Shown here piece by piece: positions 1 to 15,779 of a DNA stretch of 64,000 bases. The position numbers were made by a program, and so were the translations under genes. A model generated the notes under the pieces. The model did no database searches. It was not told where the DNA came from and saw nothing but the letters and a program-made list of their open reading frames with translations. This DNA is from Eledone cirrhosa (taxonomy: Eukaryota): positions 70,432,001 through 70,496,000 of the forward strand of contig OZ024744.1 of assembly GCA_964016885.1 (NCBI GenBank), read 5' to 3'. The first letter of the stretch is position 1. Every line of letters begins with the position of its first letter.

Positions 1-75
<75 letters not shown>

Positions 76-88
76 GTATGTATGTATA

Positions 89-138
89 CAGAGTCCTCCC
101 CCCACAAAATATATATTTCGTAGAGGGGGGGGACTCTG
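89..138. repeat. Tiny fold-back (MITE-like) hairpin in a TA tract
   Basis: CAGAGTCCTCCCCC...GGGGGGGACTCTG arms around an AT-rich loop, flanked by TGTATA/TATACA. Confidence 0.6.
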
Positions 139-227
139 TATACAAACATATGTATATATAAATACATACATATATATATATACACATATATATATATATA
201 TGTTTGTATATTCATACATATATATAT

Positions 228-605
228 ACATGGTGGCTGCCAACTCGTTTTCGAGTACGGCCACTACTTTATATCCATGTAGGAGAACCCCTACCGATGC
301 GCTAAACAAGTGTGACTTTTTAGTCCAGCCAGCGACTTGAAAACTCTGGTACAAACACTACACCTGTGACAATTATTGACACATAATGCTGGGCCCATGG
401 TACCATGTGATGACAAGTGCAGAGAGATCTCCAGATATAAAGCAATGCCTGTGCCGTGAAGCTTTTATAGTGAGCAAAGACACTGCACAAAGCCAGTCCC
501 ACTCTCTTAACCAGGATGATATTTACCAAAAAGAAGAACAAGTCAACATCATTGGATACCTTCAGGGTTGCAGGTGTTATATCAGAGTTTTCCTTCTCCT
601 AGAAT
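228..605 (-). mobile_element. Non-autonomous RTE-tail element (family A), partial copy
   Basis: Reverse complement is nearly identical to about 17880-18252; ends in GGCAGCCACC + (ATGT)n. Confidence 0.85.
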
Positions 606-645
606 ATATATACATACGTACATACATACATACAAATATATATAT

Positions 646-708
<63 letters not shown>

Positions 709-1431
709 TATATATATATATATAGATATACAGATATATATATATATATATATACAGATATATATAAACGTTTCGAGTTAGAAGACCAAACCAATGCAAC
801 GCTTCAAGTAAACTACAATATATATTTAATATATAAATATATATATATACGTACATACATATATATGTGTCTGTGTGTGTGTGTATATATATATATATAT
901 GTGTGTGTGTGTATGTATGTATGTATGTGAATATATATACTAAAATACAGCGTATATATGTATATATATATATATGGAGATTTCAAGTAAATTAAATGAT
1001 TTAATGAGGGATTAATGCAGATTTTTCATTAAAGGCTTCGCTGAGAATGTTCTACTAAATAATCTTTACAAAGACAGACATAAGTAACTATGTGTCTGCA
1101 TTTCGGAATTTATTGTCTTCCCATCATATATATACCATTATGATTTCTTCCTAGTGCTCCGTTTCATGTGACAAGCAGGTTGTAGAATATAGCTAAAATT
1201 AGCATTTAATTTGCATACTGGAAATGTTTTTTTGTCATCATAATTAATTAAATAATAAACATTTATGCCAGAATATAGGGATAGTTATTTTCTGATGAGA
1301 AGAAACACGTTATTATATATTTATGTGTACAAAGATTATATATACGTGTGTGTGTGTGTGTATGAGGGGGGATCTCTGTGTGTGTGGGGGGGGGGGGGGG
1401 TGTCTCTCTGTGTGTGGGGGTGTGCGTGTAC

Positions 1432-1488
<57 letters not shown>

Positions 1489-1545
1489 TATAGATAGATA
1501 ATATATATAAATGAGTGTGTATGTATGTATATATATATATACTTG

Positions 1546-1580
<35 letters not shown>

Positions 1581-1646
1581 TATATATACGTACATACATA
1601 CATACATATATATAATATATATACATATATATATACATATATATAT

Positions 1647-1713
<67 letters not shown>

Positions 1714-2000
1714 ATATATATATACATGTGTGTGCATGTCTATTGATATAAGGATATGTGCTAATTATATGCTACTTTTCAAGAAAGCATGCTTCTTTTA
1801 GTAATAAATTTTGGACATGAATGTTTCCTTGAAATTTAAATGTTTAAACTTAAAACCTTATTGAATAACGTATTAAATTACTATATAAATAAATTAAAAA
1901 ATTAACAACTGCCGCGTGTACATGTGTGCGTATGTGGGGGTCAGCGTATGTATGCATATATATAATATATATACATAATATATACATATGTGTATATATA

Positions 2001-2033
<33 letters not shown>

Positions 2034-2094
2034 TGTATATATATATATATATATATGTATATGTATATATATATGTATATATATATATTTATGT

Positions 2095-2128
<34 letters not shown>

Positions 2129-2234
2129 AAAATATATATATATGTGTATATATATATATGTATATATATATGTATGTATATATATGTATATATATAAATA
2201 TATTTATGTATATATATATATGGATATGTATATA

Positions 2235-2334
<100 letters not shown>

Positions 2335-2402
2335 TATATATATGTATATATATAAATATATATTTATGTATATATATATGTATATATATATGCATATATA
2401 TA

Positions 2403-2537
<135 letters not shown>

Positions 2538-3022
2538 TATACATACATAGTTGGTTAGAGTGACAATTATTAACTAAATAATTCAGAAATTAACAACTCA
2601 TGCGTATGCGTATGCATGTATATGTGGGTCACAGTATATATATATATATAGATATATATACATATATATATTCGCCATAGAAAAGATATATATATATATA
2701 TATATATACATAAACATAAACATATATATATACATACATGTATACATACAGAGAGAGAGAGAGTATGAGATAAATCTCGTTTGGGTAATATTTGTATTCA
2801 TAAACGAAGAAAAAAACTACTCAAAACAGAGATGAATGTCTATGAATTTCTTTAAAATACAACACGATTATTTTGAAAAACCGTTGCCTATATATTGCCT
2901 ATATATTGCCTATATATTGCCTATATATTGTCGCAATAACCACCTACATTAATCCTTTGAATTATCGGCTACGTTAAATTAAAGGTAACGATTTCAGGAA
3001 TATTTCAGCTAATAATTAAATA

Positions 3023-3031
3023 ATGATGATA

Positions 3032-3097
<66 letters not shown>

Positions 3098-3116
3098 GTG
3101 GTGATGGTGATGATGG

Positions 3117-3163
<47 letters not shown>

Positions 3164-3282
3164 GTGATGATGGTGATGATGATGGTGATGATGGTGATGA
3201 TGGTGATGATGGTGATGATGGTGATGATGATGTTGATGATGATGGTGATGATGGTGATGATGATGTTGATGATGACGACGAT
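3023..3282. repeat. (GAT)n/(GGT) trinucleotide microsatellite
   Basis: Direct reading; it is the source of the poly-His/Met/Ile ORFs. Confidence 0.95.
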
Positions 3283-3387
3283 GAGCATTCAACAGTTCGA
3301 TCTAGTCATAAAATGATATAATTCTATAACCGAAGCAACGTGACGCAATGTGTGACAGCAATTTCACCCACACACACAGAGACACAG

Positions 3388-3478
<91 letters not shown>

Positions 3479-3706
3479 AAAAACCACAGATGTGAGAAAA
3501 ACCACAGACCCTCCATCTCAACTCTACTTTTGAAAAGCAGAAGAACTGTGAAACCGGTAAAGGAACCAAATAAATATATATATATTTTTTTAAATAAGAC
3601 TCCAGTTGCATTTTCTATTTCATCTTTTAATAATAAACCTCACTTTCTAATAATATATATATATATATGCATAATATGTATTATATATATACATATATAT
3701 ATATAT

Positions 3707-3875
3707 ATACGATATTAAATAAATGGAAACTATATTTATAAAACCATATTTGGTTTTATAAATATAGTTTCCATTTATTTAATATCGTATATCTACTCCA
3801 AAAAATTTGTCGAGTGCTTTATATCAGTTATAAAATATTTACTTGTTGTATCCCAACAATTTTAAATAGAACTTT

Positions 3876-3880
<5 letters not shown>
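3707..3880 (+). mobile_element. Fold-back PLE-tail-like insert (family G)
   Basis: Perfect ~40-bp inverted repeat (3707-3790) plus a tail similar to 27114-27160 and 27686-27760; inside (TA)n. Confidence 0.7.
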
Positions 3881-3919
<39 letters not shown>

Positions 3920-4174
3920 CATTTTTCAAAAAGGTAATATTTGAAGCTCTAGTTAAACTTTAATTAGTTACCTACCTAGGTGTGTGTGATTACACACTTT
4001 ACAAATTATCCCCTGTGATTGTTTCATATGTTTATTTTATATATATCTCAATCAATTTCTAGCTGATATATTATGCTCGGATCTATTCATTGGAATCTTT
4101 GAGCTTATTCTACAGTGGATATGGCGCATGTCTCGGACATGACTCCCTTAATTTAATTTAATTTAATTAATTTT

Positions 4175-4230
<56 letters not shown>

Positions 4231-4301
4231 TCATACACACATATATATATATATATCTGTGTGTGTATACACAGTTTCTATCAACCCACTTCACTCATGT
4301 C

Positions 4302-4351
<50 letters not shown>

Positions 4352-4872
4352 CATACATATATATATATACATATATTTATATCTATACATACATATATAT
4401 ATATACATACATACATATATTTATATCTATAAATATATATATATATATACATATGTGTGAGCGTGCATGTGTGTATGAGTATATGTATGTATATATATAT
4501 GTATATATTTATATTCTTCTATAAATATGTGCATGTGTGTGTGCGTGTGTATGTATGTATGTATGTGTAAGCAGAAGAAAAACTTATATAGTGAATACTC
4601 TTCAGTAGACAGAAGCTTCATTGAAATAACATAATATGGTTGCCTAGAAAGTTTGAACTGGTCGCTCAATGAAAGGAATAAAACTATTCCTTCATTAAAA
4701 ATTTAATTGTGCATTTGAGTTCGTTTACTTCCAGAGACAGCCATAATTTTGTTTCTTAATTTATATTGGCGAAGCTGACTTCAGGTTCTAATATTGACTA
4801 CTTGTAGCACTTTGGTTTACCTATACTTTTGTCAGACGATATGATTAATTTCTTTACCTATTAATCAATATT

Positions 4873-4963
<91 letters not shown>

Positions 4964-5018
4964 ATGTATATATATATATATATATATAGTAAAATGTATA
5001 TATATATATATATATATA

Positions 5019-5183
5019 GGAAAAAGCTCGACGGCTATTTCTGGTGTCCAGAAATAGCCGTCGAAACGGCTTGAGCTCTGCCGTCGGGGTCATACTTTTT
5101 CTTATTTCCCACTCTACTACCCTAAGTATTGAGTACTCTGGTGCGTTATGGTCCATCTGGTTCCTTACCACAATTCCTTTGTT
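5019..5183 (+). mobile_element. Fold-back half-hammerhead element (family B)
   Basis: Hairpin GACGGCTATTTCTGG/CCAGAAATAGCCGTC, then GAAACGGC..GCCGTC and a conserved tail; same family at 31441, 31655, 32325, 34910, 61307. Confidence 0.85.
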
Positions 5184-5406
5184 ATATATATATATAAATC
5201 AATCAAAATGACGAGCTGTGTTGTTGCAATTAAGTATAATGAAAAAATAAAAGTTACGGGCGAAATAAAGGATTATCCGTCATCAGTTGTCTACTAGGAA
5301 TCATAGGTATTTCTTCGTGTTAGATATATATTTATATATATATATATAATAAAAGGAAAGCACAAACACTTTATCAAGTAACCACACAGCTCCCTCTTTC
5401 TTCCAA

Positions 5407-5440
<34 letters not shown>

Positions 5441-5565
5441 TATAGAAGTGACTTTTACATGTCTAAAACAGTTTTAATTTGTATAAAATCATCAGGAATA
5501 AGTACATAGACATATAGATACACACACACACACACACACATGTATATATATATATATATATATAT

Positions 5566-5723
5566 GAAAAAAGGAAAAGAATGACTTCACTTGTAGTTCT
5601 AAACAATTTGATTTAATATATAATATTATAAAATTAAATCAAATTGCTTAGAACTACAAGTGAAGTCATTCTTTTCTCTTTTTTCAAATATACCTAACTG
5701 TACCAAGGATTTCACACATTTTT

Positions 5724-5725
<2 letters not shown>
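5566..5725 (+). mobile_element. Fold-back insert in (TA)n (family C)
   Basis: ~45-bp inverted arms AGAATGACTTCACTTGTAGTTCTAA.../...TTAGAACTACAAGTGAAGTCATTCT; opposite-orientation copy at 43630-43780. Confidence 0.75.
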
Positions 5726-5811
<86 letters not shown>

Positions 5812-6863
5812 TGTGTATATATATATAAATAGGTAGATATACAACTATAAATATAATGTATATATGTATATGTATGTGTGTGTGTGTGAGTGTGTGTGTT
5901 TGTGGTTTGTATGTTTATGTGTGTGCAAAACTTAAACGGAAACAACGCCTACAAAACAGTATAATGAAGAAATATATTAGTTCAACGCTTGATATAGTAG
6001 GAAGAGAGTCGTCTATATATATATGATATAGATATGTGTGTGTAAGTGTGTATGTATACATATTTACATATATATATATATATATATATATCTGTGTGTA
6101 TGTGTGTGTGAAAAGTTGTACTCGGAAAACCTTCTAAATAACTAATTTTTAAATATATATATCTGCCCCTGTCGCACGTATTGAATTCTTTATATACAAA
6201 TAAAAAACATATGCATATATTTTGGTATGTATGTATGTATGTATGTATGTATGTATGTATGTATGTATGTATGTATGTATGTATGTATGTATGTATGTAT
6301 GTATGTATGTATGTATGTATGTATGTATGTATGTATGTATGTATGTATGTGTGTGTGTGAGAGAGTGTGTGTATGCATTTTTGTAGATAATAGACACACA
6401 TGTGCTCCCAGTATTCATCTCAACTCATCTAAGATATATATTTATATATGTATATGTGCATATATATATATATATATATGTATGTATATATATATATATG
6501 TATGTATATAATATAATATATATATATATATATAATATATATATGCATATATGTATGCATGTATCTATGTATTTATGCATGTATATATATGAATATATAT
6601 ATATATATGTATGTGTGCATATATATATATATGATATATATTTCTATATATAATATATACATACATACATATATATATATATATGTATATATATGAATAT
6701 ATATATATACATATATATATATACAATATACATTTTTTATGTATACATATATACGTTTATATATATACATATATATATATATACATACACATACATTTAA
6801 ACTTAAACATATATAAATGTACTTATATATATATTTATAATATATATTATATATTATTCATAC

Positions 6864-6907
<44 letters not shown>

Positions 6908-6908
6908 C

Positions 6909-6982
<74 letters not shown>

Positions 6983-6983
6983 G

Positions 6984-7053
<70 letters not shown>

Positions 7054-7277
7054 TGTATATATATGTATAATATATATATATATTATAAATATATTTATAT
7101 GTACATTTATATATCTATAAGTTTAAATGTATGTGTATGTATATATATATATTCATATATATACATATATATATATATGTATGTATATATTATATATAGA
7201 AATATATATCATATATATATATGCACACACACATATATATATATATTCATATATATACATGCATAAATACATATATA

Positions 7278-7333
<56 letters not shown>

Positions 7334-7338
7334 CATAC

Positions 7339-7412
<74 letters not shown>

Positions 7413-7799
7413 CAGACAGCACATTAAGATAGAAGGAAGAGAAACACAGATATGGGGAGTACAAAATATGTTATATGGAATGACAAGTCAGACAAACTGA
7501 CAGACAGGCGAACCTGCCGAAACACCAACAAAAACAGAAAAGAAAAAAAAAAACTAACAAAAAAATATAGTAAAAACAACAAAAAAAAAAACAACAAAAA
7601 ACAACAACAAAAAAAAACAACAAAAAAACATGAAAAATAAACGATAAAGGAGAAAAAAAAACAATACAAAGACAACTCAGGAAACTCAAAACTTCTATCG
7701 TCTCTGCCACCTAAAATAAAATATTAGGTAGGAAAAAATAACGTAAAATAAAAAATGCCGCCCATCATAGATAATTTAACCCTCCCCACTATTTCTGTT

Positions 7800-8057
7800 T
7801 TTTCTCACTTTACGTCCATTTCTATTTCTGCCGCTCTCTCACTCTCTCTCTCACTCTCTCACTCTCTCACTATATATATATTATATATATCTTTCTCTTT
7901 CTCTCTCTATCTATCAATCTATCTTTACGTCCATTTCTATTCTGCCGCTCTCTCTCTCCCTCTCTCTCTCTCTCACTCTCTCTCTATATATATTATATAT
8001 ATCTTTCTCTTTCTCTCTCTATCTATCAATCTATCTTTACGTCCATTTCTATTTCTG

Positions 8058-8093
<36 letters not shown>

Positions 8094-8171
8094 TCTCTAT
8101 ATATATTATATATATCTTTCTCTTTCTCTCTCTATCTATCAATCTATCTTTACGTCCATTTCTATTTCTGC

Positions 8172-8244
<73 letters not shown>

Positions 8245-8413
8245 TCTCTCTCTCTCTCTCTCTCACTATATATATATATATCATTCTCTTTCTCTCTCTA
8301 TCAATCTATCTTCTCTGTTTATCTCTCTCTCTCTTTCTTCTCTCTTCTCTCTTCTTTCTCTCTCTCTCTCTCTCTTCTCGCTCTCTCTCTCTCTTTCTCT
8401 ATCTTCTCTCTTC

Positions 8414-8458
<45 letters not shown>

Positions 8459-8620
8459 TCGCTCTTTCTCTCCCCTTTCTCTCTCACATCTCATCATACC
8501 TTTTACTTTCTCTCCCTCTCTCCCTCTATCTCTTTTTCTCACTCCCCCCCTTTTACTCCCCCTTTCTCTCTTCCTCTTTCTCTCTCTACTCACTCTCTCT
8601 ATCTCACGTTCTCTCTTTGT
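7800..8620. repeat. CT-rich tract with a ~115-bp tandem unit
   Basis: TTTACGTCCATTTCTATT recurs near 7809, 7925, 8036 and 8149 among (CT)n. Confidence 0.85.
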
Positions 8621-9222
8621 TTTTATTTGTTTTGTTTTTGTTTGTTTTTGTTTGTTAGTTTGTTAGTTTGTGTTTGTGTTTTTATATTTTCAGGTCATAT
8701 ATAAGATTCCATTTAAAGAGCCCAGTTTTTCACTGAGTCTTTACAGAAGCAAAGACAATGTTTACGTTTTACTGAATAACACCAATAAAATATAACCTAA
8801 CTATCACTTCTAAAAGACGAGAACTATCCGCCCTCCCTCCATCCACCACGCCCAGCCAAACAGAAATACAACCATAACAACAACAACAGCACCAATAAAC
8901 AACAACGCCACCACCAATAATTCTCTCGCCCTTTTCCGCTTTTTATTATTACTATGTTTTTGTTATATCCTTTTAGTAGTTTTATTATTAATTTTTTTTT
9001 TTTTTTTTCATTTTTTTTACTGATAAATATTTTTCGTTCTTCGTTCTTTAGGATGTAATTGCTTTAGAAATATTAGAGACGTGTGTGTGTGGGGGGGGGG
9101 GGGGGTATGTATGAGCGTGATGTGTGAGGGTGATGCATGTGTATATATATATATATATAATATATATATATACATATATATATATATTATAAATATATAT
9201 ATATATTGTATATATATATGAG

Positions 9223-9284
<62 letters not shown>

Positions 9285-9459
9285 CATATGTGTGTGTGTA
9301 TATATATATATATATTTATATGTGTGTGTATATATATATATATATATATGTGATACATACATATATATATATACATACATACACACATATATATACATAA
9401 ATATATACACATTTATATTTTTGTATTCTTGTATACACACATCCACACACACACATACA

Positions 9460-9529
<70 letters not shown>

Positions 9530-9778
9530 ATATATATACTCTTTGATGTATTTACTAGTTTCAGTCATTAGCCTGCGGCCATACTGTGACACCGCCTACA
9601 TTTAGTCTATATTATCGACCTCAGTGCTAATTTTTTCAAGCCAAGTACCTATTTTATTAGTTTCTGTTTTGTTGAACCACTAAGTTACGAGAAATATGCA
9701 CAGACATAGACACAAAGGTAAACATAGACATGGATGCACGCACACACACACACACGTGTATGTGTGTATATATATATA

Positions 9779-9920
<142 letters not shown>

Positions 9921-10003
9921 TTTGTTTTCATAACAGGCTGAATGAGTTGGGGTGCATAACCCAACGAAACTTAAGACCTGTATATGTCACTGTTGTAACT
10001 AAT

Positions 10004-10036
<33 letters not shown>

Positions 10037-10039
10037 ATA

Positions 10040-10319
10040 CAGGGGCCTCGTTTGCCTTTAAAATGTGAGGGGGACAAACCTACATTTGTTGATTCTTAAA
10101 GCAGCATGTTAATATTGTTTATGGTGCCTTTCCTGGACCCAATCACATAAGTAAAATTTTACGCTAATTAAATTTTATATATTCAAATGAAGTTCAGATA
10201 TAAAGAAATAAGCTTAAAAAGAATTAATTATATCAAATAAACAAAATATAAAATATAGACGTTTGAAAAAGTGGGGCGGTGGGGACTTGCCCCCTGGTAC
10301 CCCCCTGAAACAAGGCCCT

Positions 10320-10321
<2 letters not shown>
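10040..10321. mobile_element. MITE with ~14-bp imperfect TIRs
   Basis: CAGGGGCCTCGTTT ... AAACAAGGCCCTTG, flanked by TATA. Confidence 0.6.
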
Positions 10322-10374
<53 letters not shown>

Positions 10375-10696
10375 ACATAACGCGCTACTGCAGTTTCCGT
10401 CGACCAAATTTCATTGACATGGCTATCACGCAACGCGAATAAACCAAGAATCGCGTGGTTGCGAACTGATCTTTGTAAATGTACAGCCATGCCTACCTAT
10501 ATCTCATCTATCTATCATTATATCGATGTGTGTGTGTGGAAACTTAGTGAAGATACGCTTTACTGAAACATGGTGATCACATACATAATAAGAATATATA
10601 TAAACATATTTATACACTACACAATTATAAATATTAAGTTCTGCCTCTTCTGTGGGCTCCTACGATCACGATATAAGGACCCAATACACAACCATT

Positions 10697-10885
10697 GGCG
10701 GTGAATTGCCAGTATCGGTAGACTGTTGGATGCCATGCTTTCCAGCATAGTTACATCCCTTTACGGTCTCAATTCAAATCTCGTCGAGGTTAACTTTGCC
10801 TTTCATCCTTACGGGGTCGATAAAATAAAGTACCAGTAATGTACTGGGATAATTGCTGGCCTTGTGCCAAAAGTAGAAACAATTA
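10697..10885 (+). mobile_element. tRNA-derived SINE (dominant family of the window)
   Basis: Degenerate A/B boxes, central GCCTTTCATCCTTACGGGGTCGATAAAATAAAGTACCAG, 3' GGCCTTGTGCCAAAAGTAGAAACAATT. Confidence 0.9.
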
Positions 10886-10933
10886 TATTACATACATATG
10901 TAAATATATATACATACGCTCATATGTGTGTGT

Positions 10934-11047
<114 letters not shown>

Positions 11048-11232
11048 GTGCGTGTGTGTGTGTGTATTGCTCTCACCTATTCTACACTTTCTGGATGCCT
11101 TGTCGAACGTAAAATCTATGTAAGTGGCGGTGCCTCTTTTGCTACATGGAGAGTTTTATGTTCTCTTTGTGGTTTCAAGACAAATCTTTTTTTGCACAGC
11201 ATCAGTCATGGGCAAGAATGTACACACACGCA

Positions 11233-11267
<35 letters not shown>

Positions 11268-11324
11268 TATACAATCATATATATATAAATATATATATAT
11301 ATTTATATATATGATACATATATA

Positions 11325-11423
<99 letters not shown>

Positions 11424-11459
11424 AGTGTGTGTGTGTGTATATATATATATGTGCGTATC

Positions 11460-12020
11460 CTCACATACACACACCTAGCCTCCGGACTCCACACGCCCCC
11501 TCACCTCCACCTCCTCGGACCCCTCTCCATCCACACGCACGCACACACCGACTTACACCCCACCCCATGTACACACCGGTTTCCCCAATACCTGAACATG
11601 GAACCTAGTTATTCCCCCAACTCTCACATTCACATCCACACACACACACACACCACCTTCAGCCCTTCCCACTCGGACCCCCATCTCCCTCTCCCCTCTC
11701 CACCACCTCCCTCCACCCACTACCACCCCTACACGCCTCACACCCTTTCACCACTTGTTTCATTTTAATTTTATTCACCCTCTAAAAAATTATTTTTTCC
11801 TCCCTTTTTCTCCCCTCCCCCCTTTTTAATGTCTTTCCACCACTCCCCCCAACACCCTCGGAACTCTTTTCCTGCCCACCTTTCTCCTGATGAAGGGCTT
11901 ATTCCTGAAACGTCATCCCCCACCCTCCACTCTCAAGCGTGAAACTAATATTAACATTTTGTGCTGCCTCTTCGCTTCCACGTTGTTGTTTTTTTTTGTT
12001 TACTCTTTCAACTATACTAT
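11460..12020 (+). mobile_element. PLE 3' remnant with a loop-less hammerhead core
   Basis: C-rich region followed by CTGATGA-AGG-gcttatt-CCT-GAAA-CGTC at 11887-11914; stem I not intact. Confidence 0.55.
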
Positions 12021-12267
12021 ATATATATCAAATTTATTATTATTACTATATATATATATATATATAATTGGTGTTGGATGCTTAAAGCGTCCGTATGAGG
12101 TAGACCGTATGAGCACTCGATGCTCTCATAGAGCAGAGTATGATATCACAGAAAAAAAGAGAATCGTGCCTCGAGCTTGTGGCCAGAGAAACGATTGTAA
12201 TATGTCCAATAAATTCCATTCGTCGTAACACTGATATTCTTTTTTACTGTGATATATATATATATAT

Positions 12268-13110
12268 AATTGTTTCTACTTTTGGCACAAGGCCAGCAAT
12301 TACCCAGTGCATTACTGGTACTTTATGTTATCGACCCCCCGTAAGGATGAAAGGTAAAGTTAACCTCGGCGGGATTTGAACTCAGAATATAATATTATAT
12401 TATATATTTATATTTATACACGGAACAAAAGCGCTATCTAAGATTTCCAGACCCAATATTGATCATATCTCCAGATTGTAAGAGGGATCAAATTTGTGAC
12501 CTACTCTTCATGCGCTTAAAGTTTTTACAGATACCGTTAAAAGTATATCGTGGTAAAACGCTAGTTTACGAAAATCAAGAAGCATTAATAAAAGAGTTTT
12601 TATTAATGATTCTTCATATTTATTTATTTTTTTTGTGTGTGTGTGGGAGGGGGCGAAATAGCCTTCTCTAAATCTAATATTTGGAGACTTTTATAGCCCG
12701 ATCTACCAAATAAGACTCATTGTAATAATTATTTCTATTATAGGCACGAGAGCAATTTAACGGGGAGGGGAAAGTCAAATAAATCGACCCCAGTGCATTA
12801 CTGGTATTTTATGTTATCGAACTCCGTAAGGATCAAAGGCAAAGCTAGCCTTGGCAGGATTTGAACTCAGAATGTAAAGGGCTGTAACTATGTGCCACTA
12901 AGTGTGTTGTCCGATGCTCTACTGATATTGCCAATCCACCGCCCTACTCATTGTAATAATTATGTCTACTCATTGTAATAATTGTTTCTACTTTTGGCAC
13001 AAGGCCAGCAATTACCCAGTGCATTACTGGTACTTTATTTTATCGACGCCGTAAGGATGAAAGGCAAAGTTAACCTCGACGGGATTTGAACTCAGACCGT
13101 AAAGGGACGT
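12268..13110 (-). mobile_element. Three copies of the tRNA-SINE (about 12268-12390, 12727-12945, 12979-13110)
   Basis: Reverse complement of the SINE consensus. Confidence 0.88.
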
Positions 13111-13435
13111 AATAATGGCGTGTTGTTCACGCGTTTTATAATGATCCCACAGGATCGTGGGATACAAAGAAAGTCGGATTATAGTTAATTTAACGTATGC
13201 TGTATCTTTTTTTAATTCTTTTTTTTTTTTAGTTTATATGTTAATGTTAGTAATATCTGCCTCTATAGTTATTCCCTTGTTTTTGTGTGAGATTCTGTAT
13301 AGAATTGTAATAGACTTATATTTATCTGTCTAATTTTGCTGCATTTGCTCAACAATACTTTTCTAATGGTTCTTTATTGTAAATACAAGGTCAGTCGACA
13401 AGAGAGTGGCTGATGTAACAATTTGAGTAATGAAG

Positions 13436-13980
13436 TTCTTCTTCTTCTTCTTCTTCTTCTTCTTCTTCTTCTTCTTCGCCCACTTATTCCTGAGAGAGTC
13501 GTGGGGGCAGAGTCCTCAAACACGCCTTCCAGCGGGTCCTGTCAGAAGCAACCCTCTCCAACTGATACGGCTAGATCCCCAAACGAGACCAGCCAAGCTC
13601 ATGGATGTTATCCAATTATCTTGCTCGGGGTCTACCCTTGGGTCTCCTGTCGGTTGATTTTGTCTGTAAAATATGTCCAGTGATTCTTTCCTTAAATAAT
13701 ATGACCACATGTCCGTAGAATCGAAGTTGTGATCTCTCAATTCAGAGAAGTAGCGACTCTACCTGGAATGGCCACTTGATCTCCGAGCTATGTACTCCAT
13801 CAAGTAACGTTACTCCACAGACACTTTCAAGAAAGTCCCATTTGGGCTGCTTGTATTCGCGATTGTATTCTTTCGGTTCATTACCCAAAATTCATGACCA
13901 TAGGTAAGGGTTAGTACGAATACCGAATTGATGATAGCGAGTTTGGCTTTTATACTTACCTCCCTTCTTCTGATGTTAGA
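13436..13980 (-). mobile_element. RTE/RTE-X-like LINE 3' remnant with (AAG)n tail
   Basis: Minus-strand degraded frames KLAIINSVFVLTLTYGHEFW and RPKGRPRAR...DRTRWKACLRTLPPR, followed by (AAG)n. Confidence 0.75.
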
Positions 13981-15142
13981 GTCATAAAGTTAACAAATTA
14001 AATTTGTATATTACATTGGCTATCTGAAGTATGATCTGTGGTTTGTAAGTTTGCCATTTTGCATTGATGAACGTTTTTCTTCATTCTGGTGGTCCACTGT
14101 GAACTTCTGGTTATGTGAAATACATTCTGTATTCTATTTTATTATTTTTTAATAGCATATTCATCCAATCTAAAATTAAGATGCATTTGGCTCTTACGAT
14201 ATGTGAGATATGGGTGTTTTTAGTGAAGATAATTTCTTTTTGCTTTGATCTTTTAATGCAATAGGGCACGCGTTATTAAGTCATGTTTATTTTACATGTG
14301 AGGTTTCCCTTGTAAAGCAACTTTGTGTACGCAGCATGGCAGAAGGGTTAGAGTTCGTTTCGCAATCATTAGTTCCCGGTTTTGATGCCACTGCGTGACA
14401 TAGTGGGTAAGTGTCATTAACTTGAGCTTCGGGTCTATCCTTGCCTTTTATGAATGAAATTGAGTTGACGGAAAATGTTTGGAGGTCTATTAGATGGACT
14501 GTACCTGAATCCAAAGGGCCACACACACATACCTTGTCACATATTTTCGTGTGTCGCGCTCATTTTCCCCGAGAATAACGTTAAGGGTATATGAGTCTAT
14601 GGAATGGTCACCCACTTACATTTTGTTTTCATGAACAGGCTATTCCGTTGAACACTCATCGTCAGAACCGACGGAAATCCATCGAAAGCAGTGTTAGCGA
14701 ACGAGTTTTTATATGAACATCTGAAGAAGGATTTAACAACAACTATTTTATATATAGGCGGCGAATTGGCAAAGTCGTTAGAACATCAAATAGAATGCTT
14801 TGTAGTATTCGTTCCGACCCTCTGCTCTCTGAGCTCAAATCCTGCCGAGGTCAACTTTGCCTTTCATTCTTTCGATAAAAAATACCAGTCTAGTACTGGA
14901 GTCGATTCTTCCTCTCGGGCCTGGAGATGGATGGGCTCTGCCAGGCTTATAATGACCAAGAAACGCCGTATGTCAACACGGTGCCTCTATAACTCTGCCA
15001 GGAGTTATGGGACCATATATACAAAAATCTTATATCTATAAAGGCACTCATTATCTGTATACATTTATAAGCTTTTGTCTGTGTATTTCGAGTACACAGG
15101 AACGCTATATGTATTATTCCTAATTCCTATATTTATGTCTAA

Positions 15143-15370
15143 TAATGGTTTCTGATTAAGGCACAAGGCCAGAAAATTTTGGGGGATGCGGGGAGGAGTT
15201 GATTAAATCAACCTCAGTGCATTACTGGTACATTATTTTATCAACACCGTAAGGATGGAAAGCAAAGATAACCTCGGCGATATTTGAACTCAGATCGTAA
15301 AGGACCGTAATTCTATGCAGCAAATCATGATGTCCGACGCTCTCTCGATACGGCCAATCCACTGCCATCT
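15143..15370 (-). mobile_element. tRNA-SINE copy
   Basis: Matches the SINE consensus; a partial + copy is also at about 14757-14870. Confidence 0.85.
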
Positions 15371-15745
15371 TTTGTTTAATAATGGAATGATGCTCTGAAC
15401 TAAATTTAAAGGGGGGTGCTATGATGCAATTATTTTTGAGATCATCTATAAGACAATCAACCAGTTCGTAGGATCGGTCATAATAAATATATTATCAACA
15501 TGACCCAGTAGAGGTTGGGTAGGAGGTATGTTTTCTGCGCGAGATATGTAGAAATATGAAGAAAAAAAATAAGGAAATAAATCATAGTTGTTTTTTTTTA
15601 TATAACATACTCAACACAACACACACACTCACGCATAGACTATATATATATACTCACAATATATATGTGTGTGTGGTTGTGTACGTGTGTGTATGTGGGT
15701 ATGTGTATAAATAGATATACTCACATCTACATAGATATACATATA

Positions 15746-15779
<34 letters not shown>

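Noticed and set aside
3005-3316. Poly-His, poly-Met and poly-Ile ORFs
   Set aside because: (GAT)n repeat read in different frames.
4585-4625. Minus-strand CTGAAGA core
   Set aside because: No downstream GAAA or stem III.
7755-8666. 303-aa Leu/Ser-rich ORF
   Set aside because: Stop-free by composition of the (CT)n tract and tandem unit.
8680-8940. Possible host exon after TTTTCAG at ~8693
   Set aside because: No recognisable coding signal or donor; cannot be supported without transcripts.
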